Positions 28,935-41,900 of a stretch of DNA of 58,215 bases are shown here, piece after piece. The number at the start of each line of letters is the position of its first letter. Positions within the stretch are counted from its first letter, which is position 1. The DNA is from a virus (Duplodnaviria > Caudoviricetes). The notes below the pieces were generated by a model. That model worked only from the letters and a program-made list of their open reading frames with translations, was not told the origin of the DNA and did not search any database. The position numbers and the translations under genes were made by a program. The stretch spans positions 1-58,215 of IMG/VR virus record IMGVR_UViG_3300010354_000102; one strand, given 5' to 3'.

Positions 28935-31900
28935 TAGAAAGATGCTACAACTCTACAATCTTGAATTTTTGGAACAAATACTGGATTTGAACTTCTCATA
29001 ACTATCTTAATAGCAAAAGAAGAAAACTCACCTAAATTAGAAACACTAAATTTGTATTCCTTATAAGAATCTTGTTTTTCAATATAACCAGCAATACTAT
29101 TATCAGTTGATGGAATTACACGAACATCAGGTCTCCCGTCACCATTGAAATATTCCCATCCAAGATCTTCAAAGTTAAATTGGGAACTAATAGATTTAAC
29201 TTTATATAATACTTGAATATCATTTTCTTCAAATATATTAGCAGTTAACTTGACATCTAATCCAGTTGCTGCATTTTCGATAGTAATTTCTTTAGTTACG
29301 TATTTTGCTAAAGAAGAACTATTATTTCTTATTTCAGGAACAAATAATACGCCATCACTATATCTAATAGATTTGATTTCTAAGAAAGATTTTGTGTCAG
29401 TTAATTGATTTTCATAAGAAACTAAATCACCAACTCGGAAAACGTCAGACTGCTGTGACGATGATGAACTGAATGGAATTCTTGCATAATCAGATCCAGT
29501 GGTTGCAGCAGCAGTATAATTATCATTTATAGGTCTCTTATTATTAGAAACAGTTAATTCTCTCTTCTCTGCATCCCAAAGAACTACTCTACCGTTGATA
29601 ACATTACTATATTCTTTAGTAACATCTGTTTTGTCAATTGATGTTATTACGGAATTGTAAACAAAATTAAATGTTTCTTCGGTTAATCCATTGCTTCCCA
29701 CCGAAACCGTAGAAAGAGCTGGTTGAGAAGCAAATACTAAAGTTTCACTAGGAGTGAATAATGTATCGGTAAGCATCTTTGTATATAAAATGCTATTTGT
29801 TGAATCAAATTTTACAATGATACCTCTTGCTCCTGATGTAAATCCTGAGACAATTTTAGGATTAGCAGCATCTCCTGCTTGTATAGTAGATACATTTGCT
29901 CCTAAAACAGAGAACTTGTAAACAGGATAGAACTTTATAATTTGATCTCTTCTACCATATCTGTCTTCGCTACCAGTAGACTTTTCTACTTTATTTGTTA
30001 TTGCTTTGACAGAAGAAGATCTCAGATCAATAACTGGGGATAAGTATGAAACATCAGATTCTAATGTTAATTTGTATACTAATGATCTATCAGTAATTCT
30101 ATCAGAATTTGTAAGTTCATTGATCCTTGAACAAATAACTTTCTGGTTATTGAAGAAGTGATCTTCATTTAAGAAAGTTTTTTCAAATCCATCATTAACT
30201 GTAGATTGAGAATAAGATGTGTAATTTACCGCAGAAAAATCATATGGAATAACATTAGTTGTTTTTACCTCTGCTTTTACAGAAGTTTCACTGAAATTTA
30301 AATATGCAACTTGAGCAAATAATTTCTCATATTTCTTATTGTGTAAAGCATATACACTATCACCACCACCAACAGATGTTGCGGATGAATTATTGATAGA
30401 AGTAATATTGTAAGATTCTATACCACCATTGGAAATTTTAAATAGTGTGCTATTTAAAAAGTCTGAAGTAATACCACCAATATCTGCTGCTCTTCTAAAT
30501 GCAGTGTAAGATCTACCAGAAGATTCAAATCCATTATCTTTATGCTTAACTCTAACAATTTTGTTATTATTTCTGAATAGTAAAGAAGTTGCAGTAGTAT
30601 CAGACAACGAATCTGTTTCAAATGGATTGGTATCTAATTTTTCATATCCTAATTTTTCGTTGCTTAGTTTAACAATTCCTGGTCTGGAGTTATCAAATTC
30701 TGCTCTATAGAGAGTAAATTTAATATCTTCAAATAAATCTTCTGTCCAAGAATCAACGTTCTGAGACTTAAATACAGATCCCAAGAGAGGTTGAGAAGTT
30801 ACTACTGAATTAGTAGCTTGTTCGATTTCTCCTAGTTTAGATGCCCAAATGACATAATCCGTAGAATCTGATTCAATTGCAAAAGCATATTCTGTATTAT
30901 TCTGTAAGTAAACTGGATATTTGAAATTAAATCTGGTTGGGGTGGTTGAATCTGGAATAGAAACATCACCTGTGTCTATAGCAACTCCCATTCTTACTGC
31001 AGGTGTATCGATAGTTAACACTGCTTCGATTGAAGCATTGGAAGCAGATGATCCAGTAGAATTAATAATTACAGATGGAGCTTCAGTGTAACCACTGCCG
31101 TTTACTACTAAAGAAGCATCATATATCTTACCACCAGAAACTTTGCAAACTGCAGTTGCGTTAGTTCCACCCAGAAGTTGTGGGCTTTCTATAGTTAAAG
31201 TCGCTGTTTCGTAACCAGATCCAGCATTATTAATAATAATGTCTGTTATTCTTCCAGAATCTTTTGCAATGGTAACACCATAATTTGTATTCTGCGCCGA
31301 ATTGAATGTAGTCAATGAAGGAATATTCAATCCTTCATTTTGTGTGAATGATTTTCCGTTATTATTAGATAATACTAAAATATATGTTTGGTCATTAGTT
31401 AATGTATACTGTCCCAAAACAGAAATAGGAACTAGATTATTATTTCTATCATATACTTCTTTTATAGGACCAGAAGCTTTTGATGAAACCCCAGTAACTA
31501 CTTCTCCTTTAGTAATATTTAAAGTTCCGTTTGTATATACTCTCAAATAAGTATCTGGATACAGAACTGTTTCACTTCCAGGAATAATATACTTACCTGG
31601 CTTTCCACTCTCTACATTAGTTAAGTAAACTCTAACTGGAATAGTAGAACTCTTTTTATTGAAATATAAATCTAACCCAGTTAAGAATACCCCGCCAGGA
31701 TATTTTTCGATAGTAAATGATTGACTTACAGGATTTGGTTTTACCTGTGCTTTTGTGCTTTCAATGAATTGAATACCCTCTTCTGCTTTGAAAACAGCAG
31801 GAGAAGTTGAAATAATAGATGATGGTTGCTGAGGTAAATTACCTGTAGCATAATACTTAACTTCTGTAAATGATTCTACATCGCTGTCAACAATTCCATT

Positions 31901-34900
31901 TTCATTTGAGGTAAATTTGATTGTTTTAATTCCTGTGATGAATGATAATGGAGAACCAGTTTCTGTGTCATACTGAACGTCATCTACAGAACCATTCCAT
32001 GTTGAACCTGCCTGAGGTGGATTTCCAGATGGAATTAAAATTAATCCACTTGCATTTCCATTAGCATCAGTGATAATACCACTATTAAATGTGCTCAGTG
32101 AATTTCCAGCAATTCCAGTAAATCTACTATCCTGAACAATCCATCTGTCAATAGATTTACCATCCATGAAAACATAGAATCTTGTGCTAGGTTTCATCCT
32201 AGTAATCTTGAAGAATACTGGAATAGATCTACAGAATTGTTGAATTGTTGAAGATACAACATTAGAACCTATAGATTTGGAAGCAACTCCTTGTGGTAAT
32301 TGATTATTTTGTGGGCTAATATTTGAACTACTTGATACTGATGCTAGTTGAGTTGTAGCAGATGCAACCACAGTTGATGAATCACTGAGAGGAGTTACAT
32401 TGTAAAATACTCTGTTTGTTCCGATCCAGTTAACAATAAAGTTATTGTAAATACTCGAATAACCTTCTCTAGCGTCATCTGTAGCAAAGAAAACAGAAAA
32501 TACTTTACTATCATTATCTAATATGATAGGAGTTTCTCTTTCATCATACCATTGATCAACATTAGGAGACAATTCTGCATCTCCAACATATTGTAATACT
32601 ACAAATGGATTGATATTTAATTTTTTAGTGGCATACTGATTTTTGATTGCAGTAACATCAGTAAATGGTAATGTAATAATATCTCCAGATTTAGAATAGT
32701 TGTCTAAAGATCTTTGCTCATTTCTAGTGTTAATTTCCTGTAAACGATATGATTTTTCTACCGATCTTGGTCTTAAGACAGACTGCTGAGTATCAATAGC
32801 ACACTTATAGTCAATTGATGTTAAATTACCGATACCATGATTTTCAAATCCATCTACAACAAACCCACTCTTAAATCTATCAATACCTATTTCATCTTTG
32901 ATTTGCATATTAAGAGCTTGCTGCTCTAGTATGCTCAGCATCGTATACTGCTCTAATCTCTCAATTCTCTTCTCTAATTTTCCAATATCTCTCATTGTAT
33001 AACGTCTATTATCAACTGGGATAATACGAACATCATTTGTTGTTGTAGTATATGCTGGAATATAGAGGTAGTATAATGCTAAGGCATCATCAACATCCGC
33101 TGGTTTTGTTGGGTTGAGTGATGAGTTTCCTTCTTTTACTATAAATTCTCCTTTCTTATTTAAGAAAATACCATCAATTCTATCTAAGAATTGTTTCTGA
33201 TTGAATGCTATGGTGTATTCTAAATTTTCTTCTGTTGCTGGTGTGCTTGAAGTAATACCGCCAGAACCAGTAAAACTATTAAAGTCAGTGACAGATAATA
33301 CAGATGTATCTTGATAACCGCTAATAATAGCAGATGAGTCTACTTTAGGGCGGAAATCAAATACTTCACGTAATGATACTTTTCCTAAAACAGAAGAATT
33401 GAATGAAGGAATTTCGTCAAGAGAAACGCCAGATTCATGTAAATAAGAATCTACTGTGCAGAAATCACCTTGGGAATGTTCAAAATAATCAAAAGCAACA
33501 ATTAACTGACCTGAAGGTGGAGTGTATCCAGGCTTTAAAACAAGGCGAGATACATCATAGAAAGTATCTCTTTGACCATCATCGAATGAGAATCTTTCGG
33601 TTACATCAGTTCCAGTAACAAGTTCTCCAGAAGAAGAAACAACTGGTGCTGTTTGTGTGGTTCCTTCATACACATAACGTATTTTAATTACATCAGAATA
33701 TGAAAGAATATCGGTGCTATTATTGTCAAAATTAACACCTCTGATTGGAACTACTCTATCACCAGGAGATTGAATTAAAATTCTTTGATTTCTGTATATA
33801 GTTTTTAGTCTTGGTCTTGCTTTACTTACTTCTACAGTTGCAGTTAATTTTAAAATAGGGAAGTTGGTTGATGTTCCGAAGAAAGAAGATGGTAGATTGA
33901 TCGAAACACTTCCAGCTGTTAATCCACTCGTGCTAGATGTGGTATTTTCAATACTAATTTGATCAGATTTTAGGAAAATTATATCACCACTTTGAAGTGT
34001 GGTAGAAGATCTTTTATCTAATACTGTTAAAATAAAATTATTTTCTCTAAATGAAGCAAACCTTTGCGTGCCATAAGGTAATTGAGCAGCAAAAGTAATA
34101 TTACCACCATTTACGGAAGAAGTTGTTACAAAGTCTCTTCTGAAATAATATTTAATTTTTGAATCATCTGGAGAATCTACAATACTTGATGGATACTTAG
34201 ATCCAACAGGTATCAATAGAGTTGATGTAGCACTATTTTGAATAGTTGGTCTAACTCTAATAACACTAGCATTTGCTACATCATTTCTAAGAGCATTATC
34301 TAAGTATACTCTAGATTTGATAAGACCTTCTGCTTTCTCTACTCTTTGAATAACAGATCTTATAGCAGTATTTGTAGAATCATTGAACTGAATAATATCT
34401 CCTTGAATTAGATCACTTGATGGATCTCCTGAGAATCCATTACACTCAATATATTTTTGACCTTTGCTTCCAGAGAAAGTAAAATCTGTTAAAATTTTAT
34501 TGGTAACGTATGAAGATTGGAAAGATTCTACGTCAGCGGTAAAGTTGTATGCATTACCAGCACCAAAAGTAGAACTTACTGATTTTACATTTTGGGGATC
34601 AAAAGTATAAACAGTATTTCTGTATAAAACAGGAATGACAACTGCTTGTGAAATTGGATTTGTGTTTCCTGTGTTGAAAGATACTTCTGGAGTTGTTGCG
34701 TATACTTGACCTAATAAGTTTTTATCTTTAATGTTTACTTTATAAATCGCAGACGCAAGATAACTAATTTCTACAGCAGAACTAGTATATTGAACGCCGT
34801 TAACTTTAATACTAGTATTAACTGGATATCCATCGCCTCTCTTCATTACCACAAAATGTGATATAGTTCCTTCTCTAGCAATTCTTCTGGAGTTGCCAGA

Positions 34901-37099
34901 TTCATCAGTAATTGTTTCTCCCGAAACAAAATTACCAGATAGCATTCTAACAAATAGAATATTTCCTACAGTATATTTCGATGCTGTAGACCCCTCTACG
35001 ACTCCATAAGCACCACTAGTAGATCCTAAGATATATTTCCCAGGCAAGAAGGTATTTGATGAAATATCCTGATCTAAGATAACTCTAGTGAAAAATGTTG
35101 GATTGAAATATGCTAATCTAAAAATAGAATTGTATGAAGAAGTTCCATCTCCTAGTCTTCCTTTAGATAAGACAATATCAATATCTTCATTAAAACCAGA
35201 ACCTCTTTGAATTAAACTAAAGTCTTTTGGTTTGCAAACACCAACTACAGGAGTAATTATTTCATTATAGTCATAAACTTCTGAATATGGGAAAATAGTC
35301 GAAGTTCCTACTTGGAAATAATAATCTTTTGCATCTGCCTGCGTTTTGAATAATTTTCTTCTCTTTGAAGGATCATTATCATCATATTCTTTCAAGAAGT
35401 AATAAATATCTTCCTTGTTACCAACTACAGTTAATTCTAGATAATCTGTATTTGGAGATTCTATACCAATATCGAAAGGTCTTTTTACTATCGAATACGA
35501 CAACACCGAAACAGATCTTACAGTTGTAGAAGCAGGAGTGGTTCCTAAATTTACAACATACCAAAGAGTAGTTAAAGATGTTCCAAATGTGCTTGGAGTT
35601 GGGAAGGTTGTGCTAGAATAATTGCCTGGATTAGGCATGTATAATGTGATAATTGCATCATCTAATCCAAACTTAACACCTCTTCTGGAAATAGTTTGCT
35701 TAGTGTTTGAAGTAGATTCGGTATTATTATATCCTATAGATCCATCGTTAAATGTTGAATTTAAGTAAACTGTTGGATATGCTGTTAGTTCTTGACCTTC
35801 TGAGTTTACTGGAATAGATCCATAAACATTACTGATATTAAAATACGATAGAGAAGAAGATTTTACTCTAACATCTTCTTTTGTCAGAGTGTCTCTAGCT
35901 TTATTAACATCGATGTATTTTGTATCTTTATTTACAACCTCATAACCTTTAATGTATGCTTTTCCTGATCCTAACCCAGCAACCATTAAAGAATTAGCTT
36001 CAGAAGTTGTTTTTCCGTTTACTAGTTCTGTTTCTTCATTTAATGGGTAAATACCCTTGTTGTTATTTTGTTGATAAAATTCTCTTAAATCTAATGAAAA
36101 ATTATCTACAACATAATCGCCAGACTCATCATAAGTTCTTCTGGCTAAAGTTTCTTCAATAATATTGTAATCAGTAGTTTTTACTAGTTGCTGAACTTCA
36201 CCGTTTTTAATTGATACTAGTTGAACATAATTTTCATCTGTTAAAGCATCAAATTCTTTAACTAGTCAAGATAATTTAATTTTTAATCTATGTGCTCCAG
36301 GAGCTGCAAAATTAGAAAATCCTCTAGCATTATCATATAGAGTAGAATCTTCTTCTGATGTAACTAAAGACTCTGTAATAGTAAATCCAACTTTTGCTGA
36401 TGGTTTGTTGTAATACTTATCTACTACAATTAATTCTTCGGAATTATTTACAAAATATCCATTTACAAAATAAACACCTTCTTGCACATTAACTGCTGAT
36501 GCATACCCCATAGCAGGGCTATCAATAGTAGTTATTTTCCCAGTATCATAATCTTTGATATCTATAGTAGTAGGTAAAACACTACCGTCTGTTCCAACAA
36601 CTAGTGTTGGGGTATCTGCAATATTAATTGCTTCTAAAGTCTCACCCTGTCTAAAAGTAGACTCTGTGTTAGAATTTCCACTATTTGTATATTTTACATA
36701 CAAAATATCAGATTCAATATCGTTCCCATATGCGTATGAAATAACTGTGGCAGTTACTCCAGAAGATAAACCCTGAATAGTAGAACCCAATAAATTGGCA
36801 ATGTCATACTTTTGGAATACGACATTGCCATTAATATTGACTGCTACTTCAGAAACTGAAGATAGTTTTACATAATTTAATTTGTTGTTAAAAGAAACTT
36901 CTCCAGGAATTACCTGTTGCCCCTGCTTAAATCTACTACGACCAATACTTTCAATTTGATTTTGCAGAACAGATTGTAAGGTTGTTAGTTCTCTAGACTG
37001 AATAGAATATCCTGGTCTAAAAAGAACTTTGTAGTAACCTTTGTCAATATTGAAATCATCGTTATATGGAGGCGCGTTAAGATTAATCTTCTGGGGCAT
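28934..37099 (-). CDS. VrlC/DUF4815-like virion structural protein (about 2721 codons) interrupted by one in-frame TGA at 36266-36268
   Basis: ORFs 36266..37099 and 28934..35986 are in the same frame. The 93 intervening codons are open and encode LVKEFDALTDENYVQL...LARRTYDESGDYVVDNFSLDLREF. Also PYNDDF...KVLFRPG..IQSRELT at the N-terminus and RRYTMRDIGKLEKRIERLE. Confidence 0.85.
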
Positions 37100-37151
37100 T
37101 TTAGCTCAGGCTCTCTTTACTATGAGTGGGGAATATTAATAAATTTATAAA

Positions 37152-38912
37152 TCAGAATTCAATAACTAATTTAATATCTTCAATTTGGTCAGGAGCTCTT
37201 GTGATTAGTCTTCTGTTCTCTACGTAGATTGTTTCACCAGAATTTGCTTTTACTTCTGGTGTTGCTAATCCAGCAGCGAAGTTAACGCCGAGGAGTGAAG
37301 CTGCATATGCAGTATCAACATTTCCTGATCTTCCGCTAGTAGCACCAGTGATAGCGTTTGCTCCAGTTGAAACAAATGCTCTGACTACACCATTATCTGC
37401 ATGTTGTTCTGCAGATTGATAATACTTGAGAACACCCGAAGTAGTGCTTCCCGAATCTAATGTCCAAGAAACTACTGTTCCTTTTGAAACTAAACCACTA
37501 TTTGTTTGGGTAATAATTTCATCAGCAACAAAGTTTCCATTAACTCCAGTTAATTTAACAGCATATAGTGCAGATGCATTATCAACTGTTAAGTAGTTGC
37601 TAGAACCATATTGTAGAGGATCTTGAACAATACCAATTCTTCTAAAATCGTTGTCTACAGGGAAATCTCCAGAACCTTCTGCATATGTAAGACGAATATT
37701 CATCATTACACGCTTGGAGTTCAATTCCATTACTGGATCAGCACCATGACCACCCTGAGGAGGAATGATAACTTCAATTGAACCAAAAGCATTTGCAGCA
37801 ACAGTAGCTGCTGTTGTTAATGCAGTGTTGGTATAAAGATAACCATTCTTAAGAACAACATTAGCATAGGTATAACCAGAACCAGCAGCAATTACAGAAA
37901 CGCCAGTAATAGCACCAGATCCATTTGTAGTAATTGAAACTTTACCACCAGAACCATCACCTAGAATAGCAGCATAAAGAGTCGTGGAAGTTGGAAGATT
38001 ACCACCTGCATCTTTTAGTAAAGCTACTTGAATAGCACCATCAACCGCCGCAGACTGAACAGTGCCATTTAAAACGATTGGCATGAAGTCTGATGATAAG
38101 AACTTAATTACATCATCAGTTGGGATGGTATACATGTATTTCCAAACATAACCAGCGGTTCCATTTGGTTCTGTGTAAATACCACCAGAATAAGTTCCTT
38201 CTCCAGAAACAGGAGTAGTTGTTGGGGTATATGTAGCGTTTTGACCATTCAAGTTAGAGGGGTTTGTTCCATTGTATAGGCAAGCAAACACTTCATACTG
38301 ATTATTCATAACAGCATACTTTGCTGTAGCCATTGAAGACTCGCCAGTAGCAGTTAGTTTTAGAGATGAATAATCAGCTCTCCACATGTCAAACTTAGGA
38401 TTTACAGTCAAATCCCAGTTGTAACGTCTAATTACGTGTCTTGCGTATGATGAAGTTACTCTCTTAAGAGCAATCATGTCATCATAGACATCAAATTTTT
38501 CTTCTTGGTTGTCGATAGGAGCAGCAGGAATTTCTTCAGTTGCATATCTGTAGACGCCAACTTTAGCAGTTGCAGTTGAAGTGTTTCCAGTTATAGTTGC
38601 TCCAGCAGCAGGAGTAGCACCTACTGTAGGACCGATACCTGTTAAAAGTAGACTATTAGGATTTACTTCAGAAACAGTTCCTTTGAAAGTTGCAGCACCT
38701 AAACTAGCACCAACATAAACTTCTTCTCCAACAGAAAAATTAGTTGAGCTTACAGCGTAGATTTCGACAAATGCTTTCCATGCTTGAGGTCTGCCGACAA
38801 AGAAATACATTCTTGATCGGTCTGAGGAAGTATCGCCAGTACCTTCTGAAAGAGATTCCAGAAATTGCTTGGCGTTGAAAATTCTGAACTTTTCAGAAAT
38901 GATAGCAGCCAT
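37152..38912 (-). CDS. gp8: Baseplate wedge subunit
   Basis: MAAIISEKFRIFNA, YFFVGRPQAW, YVWKYMYTI, NDFRRIG, IYVENR...QIEDIKLVIEF. Confidence 0.92.
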   Translation of the reverse strand: MAAIISEKFRIFNAKQFLESLSEGTGDTSSDRSRMYFFVGRPQAWKAFVEIYAVSSTNFSVGEEVYVGASLGAATFKGTVSEVNPNSLLLTGIGPTVGATPAAGATITGNTSTATAKVGVYRYATEEIPAAPIDNQEEKFDVYDDMIALKRVTSSYARHVIRRYNWDLTVNPKFDMWRADYSSLKLTATGESSMATAKYAVMNNQYEVFACLYNGTNPSNLNGQNATYTPTTTPVSGEGTYSGGIYTEPNGTAGYVWKYMYTIPTDDVIKFLSSDFMPIVLNGTVQSAAVDGAIQVALLKDAGGNLPTSTTLYAAILGDGSGGKVSITTNGSGAITGVSVIAAGSGYTYANVVLKNGYLYTNTALTTAATVAANAFGSIEVIIPPQGGHGADPVMELNSKRVMMNIRLTYAEGSGDFPVDNDFRRIGIVQDPLQYGSSNYLTVDNASALYAVKLTGVNGNFVADEIITQTNSGLVSKGTVVSWTLDSGSTTSGVLKYYQSAEQHADNGVVRAFVSTGANAITGATSGRSGNVDTAYAASLLGVNFAAGLATPEVKANSGETIYVENRRLITRAPDQIEDIKLVIEF

Positions 38913-38936
38913 TTAATAGTTCTCCGAACGGTATTT

Positions 38937-38950
38937 TATTTATATTTATA
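38937..38950 (-). promoter_or_regulatory. Two overlapping late promoters upstream of gp8
   Basis: TATAAATA at 38937-38944 and 38943-38950. Confidence 0.75.
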
Positions 38951-38954
38951 AGGT

Positions 38955-41900
38955 TTAGATGAAATATGGTATTATCTCTGAACCAGTGTAAATTGTAGAT
39001 GATCCAGAATAAACAGTGCATCCTGTGAATGTAGTCGTGGTTTTTCCTGTATAACGGATAACTCCAAAAACAGTTCCATTTGAATGATAAATGTATCCAG
39101 TATTGGGGAAATATGATGTATTTTGAACTGTAATAGTTGATCCTATGGAACCATTAGATGCAGATATCGCAACTGGATTTTGTATAGATGGGCAGGTTAA
39201 ATTCCAAATAATTCTAGAAGAAGATATAGCAGAATTACCCTTATCACTAAAATCTTGAAGGGTAAATTGACCATAATTATAGTCAATTTCATTTAACGTC
39301 AATCCAGAAACATTTGCAGATCCATCGTCAACTGTATACCACTCATTTAACATGGATAAATTATTTCCAGCATTACCGAGTGAATATGATAAAAGTTCAT
39401 CTGGATTTTGCTGTGCGTTACTAATTAAGACCACAATACCAGATCTCTGATATACATCATTTCCAGGATTTTCTAGAGTTATTAAATTACCATTTCTTTG
39501 TCTGATTGGATTCGTGAATAAAACATTCTCAACATAATAATCTACAAATCCAGTCTTATAGAATCTTTCAGTTGAAGGTATAATTCTCTGAACTGTATTT
39601 ACAGAAATATTTTCAATGCCAGAAGAAAGAATTGTATTAATTTGACGAGATGTTCTATTTTCACTAGTAGCAACTGAAATTCCGATGTTGCTATTAAAGA
39701 TAGATTCAATTTTAGTTGAAGTGACGGAATCAGTGAAATTAGTAATTTGTAAAACTTCAGTAAATTGATTATCTAATGATACTTCAGTAACATCGACTTC
39801 GATTTGTAAAATTTCTACAATTCCTACACTTGCAGTTGTTACACCGCCACCAATAATTTGAATTTGTGCTAGAGATTCTGCAGAACTTACACCAGCACTG
39901 ATAATAGATACGTCATCGGAGAACTGTCTGAGGAATTGACCTGCTGGATGTTCTTTAATAGTAGTTCCATTTACACCTCTAGTAATGTAAATAAATCTAT
40001 CAGATAATTTTTGATTATAGAATACAATCTCATCTCCAATTAACAATTTACCAAATTTGGCAAATTTTTCTGTGGTTGGAACAAATACTACTTCATCATC
40101 TAGATCCATTGGTGCATCCAAATATGCACCAGTTTCATGTAGAGATCTATATGCTAATAGATAATTAACTTTCGCAAAAGATCTTACCGAAGATTCTATA
40201 AATCTTGAAGATTGCTGAATCGTAACTTTATTTTGCGATTCTACAATACTTAGTGGTGTTTCTAGCGATGATTGGAATAAGTTTACACTAACACTCAAAG
40301 AGCTTACATTTGCTCTTAAATCCAGTGTGCTGACATGATTTATAGGAGCTTGAGAAGAAGGAGTTTTTACACTCAAATCTCTCTGTATAATCGCTGTTAA
40401 TTTTCTATCGGTATTAAATGGAGTGACTAATAAAAATGAACTAATGAAAACTTGTGGAGGTAAATCAGCATCAAGTCTATCACCAGTAGAAACATAAAGT
40501 GATGTTGCTAAATCTAGTTGTGGAGACATCCCCACATAGATTTTATTTGTTTCTACGCTTCTTCCTTTTCTTAAAACATCATAACCACGAGCAACAAAAA
40601 CTCTAGGTGGGGATATATATCCACTACCTTGGTCATATAGAACAATATCAATTATTTCTCCATCATGAACAACTGCATATGCTTTTGCTCCACCACCTTG
40701 AGCGGGAGATATAATTGATCCTCCTTCGTCTTTTAGTGGTTGGGAAACAAAAATTAATTGAGGTGCAGTCTCATAACCATATCCAGGTGATGACGGTAAA
40801 ATCTTTTTAGTTTCAAACGTGTTCCAATCTTTTTGATTCCATAATAAAGAAATCACTTTTCCATTCTGAATCTGAGCAACAATATCTAATCCTTCTCCTA
40901 TTGGGGTTCCATTATAATTTGTTGTAGATATTTTTCCATAATAACCTAAAGTATCCGTATCACGATAATCAGTTTTTGTTGCTACGTTGGGAATATTTAA
41001 TATTTTTCTATAATCTGTTTCTCCATCGATTTTGATGAAATCTCCCTTTCTCAAAAATCCTCTTTCTGGATCTTTCGCGGTTTTGTATAACCAAGCTATA
41101 TTTGATTTTGCTAAAACATCTTGAGAATTTTCATCTCTCACAAAATCCGAGATTGAAATTATACTAGATGCATTGATAGTTAAATTATAGAAAGAATCTG
41201 CAATGTTTGTAATTATTAAATCATCTCCCAAAGCAAATTTTCTGTTGTCTGTTTGAACAGTAATTATGCTATTTGTTCCATTAAATCTGACACTTTTAAC
41301 ATAACCATAAGCATAATCAGATCTAATTGGAGAATCTAAGAGAATCTTTGTTGGTTCACTAGTATAATTTCCAGATACCGTAATTTCATATTCATTTAAG
41401 AATGGAATATTATCATAGTTAAAAGATGTTAAAGATTTGACATAATCTCTACCATAAAGATAAATTATATTAACCTTTTGGTTAGGATCAATAGGTTCGG
41501 TGAATGAAATATTTGCTCCACGAATTACATATGATTTGTTTCTCTTCTGTAAAACACCATCAACAAAAACTAAAACATTGAGATCTTCATCAACAGTCAC
41601 CGTCTTACCAGAAACTGCAGACTTCAATAAAAATGGTCCTTTTCTAACGCCATCGATATAAATTTTGTCTAACGTTAATCTTTCATATCCACCAACAGAA
41701 TATGCATAGAACGATTGCTTAATATCATTAAACATTCTTGGTGGTTCTACAAATACTATTTTATTGGGAATAGAGGTTCTCTTGATGTAATATGCTCTAT
41801 CTAATGGTAATAGTGGTGTGCTTCCTGCTTGCTGAATAACTCCATCTATAGCAACTAATAAATTTTCACCTGAAGATAGATTAACTGGTGTGTTATCTTC

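Noticed and set aside
36266-36268. Genome-wide TGA recoding or selenocysteine
   Set aside because: TGA is a normal stop in many genes here (gp15, gp8, both halogenases) and Trp uses TGG. The position is not an evident catalytic Cys site and I saw no convincing SECIS hairpin after it
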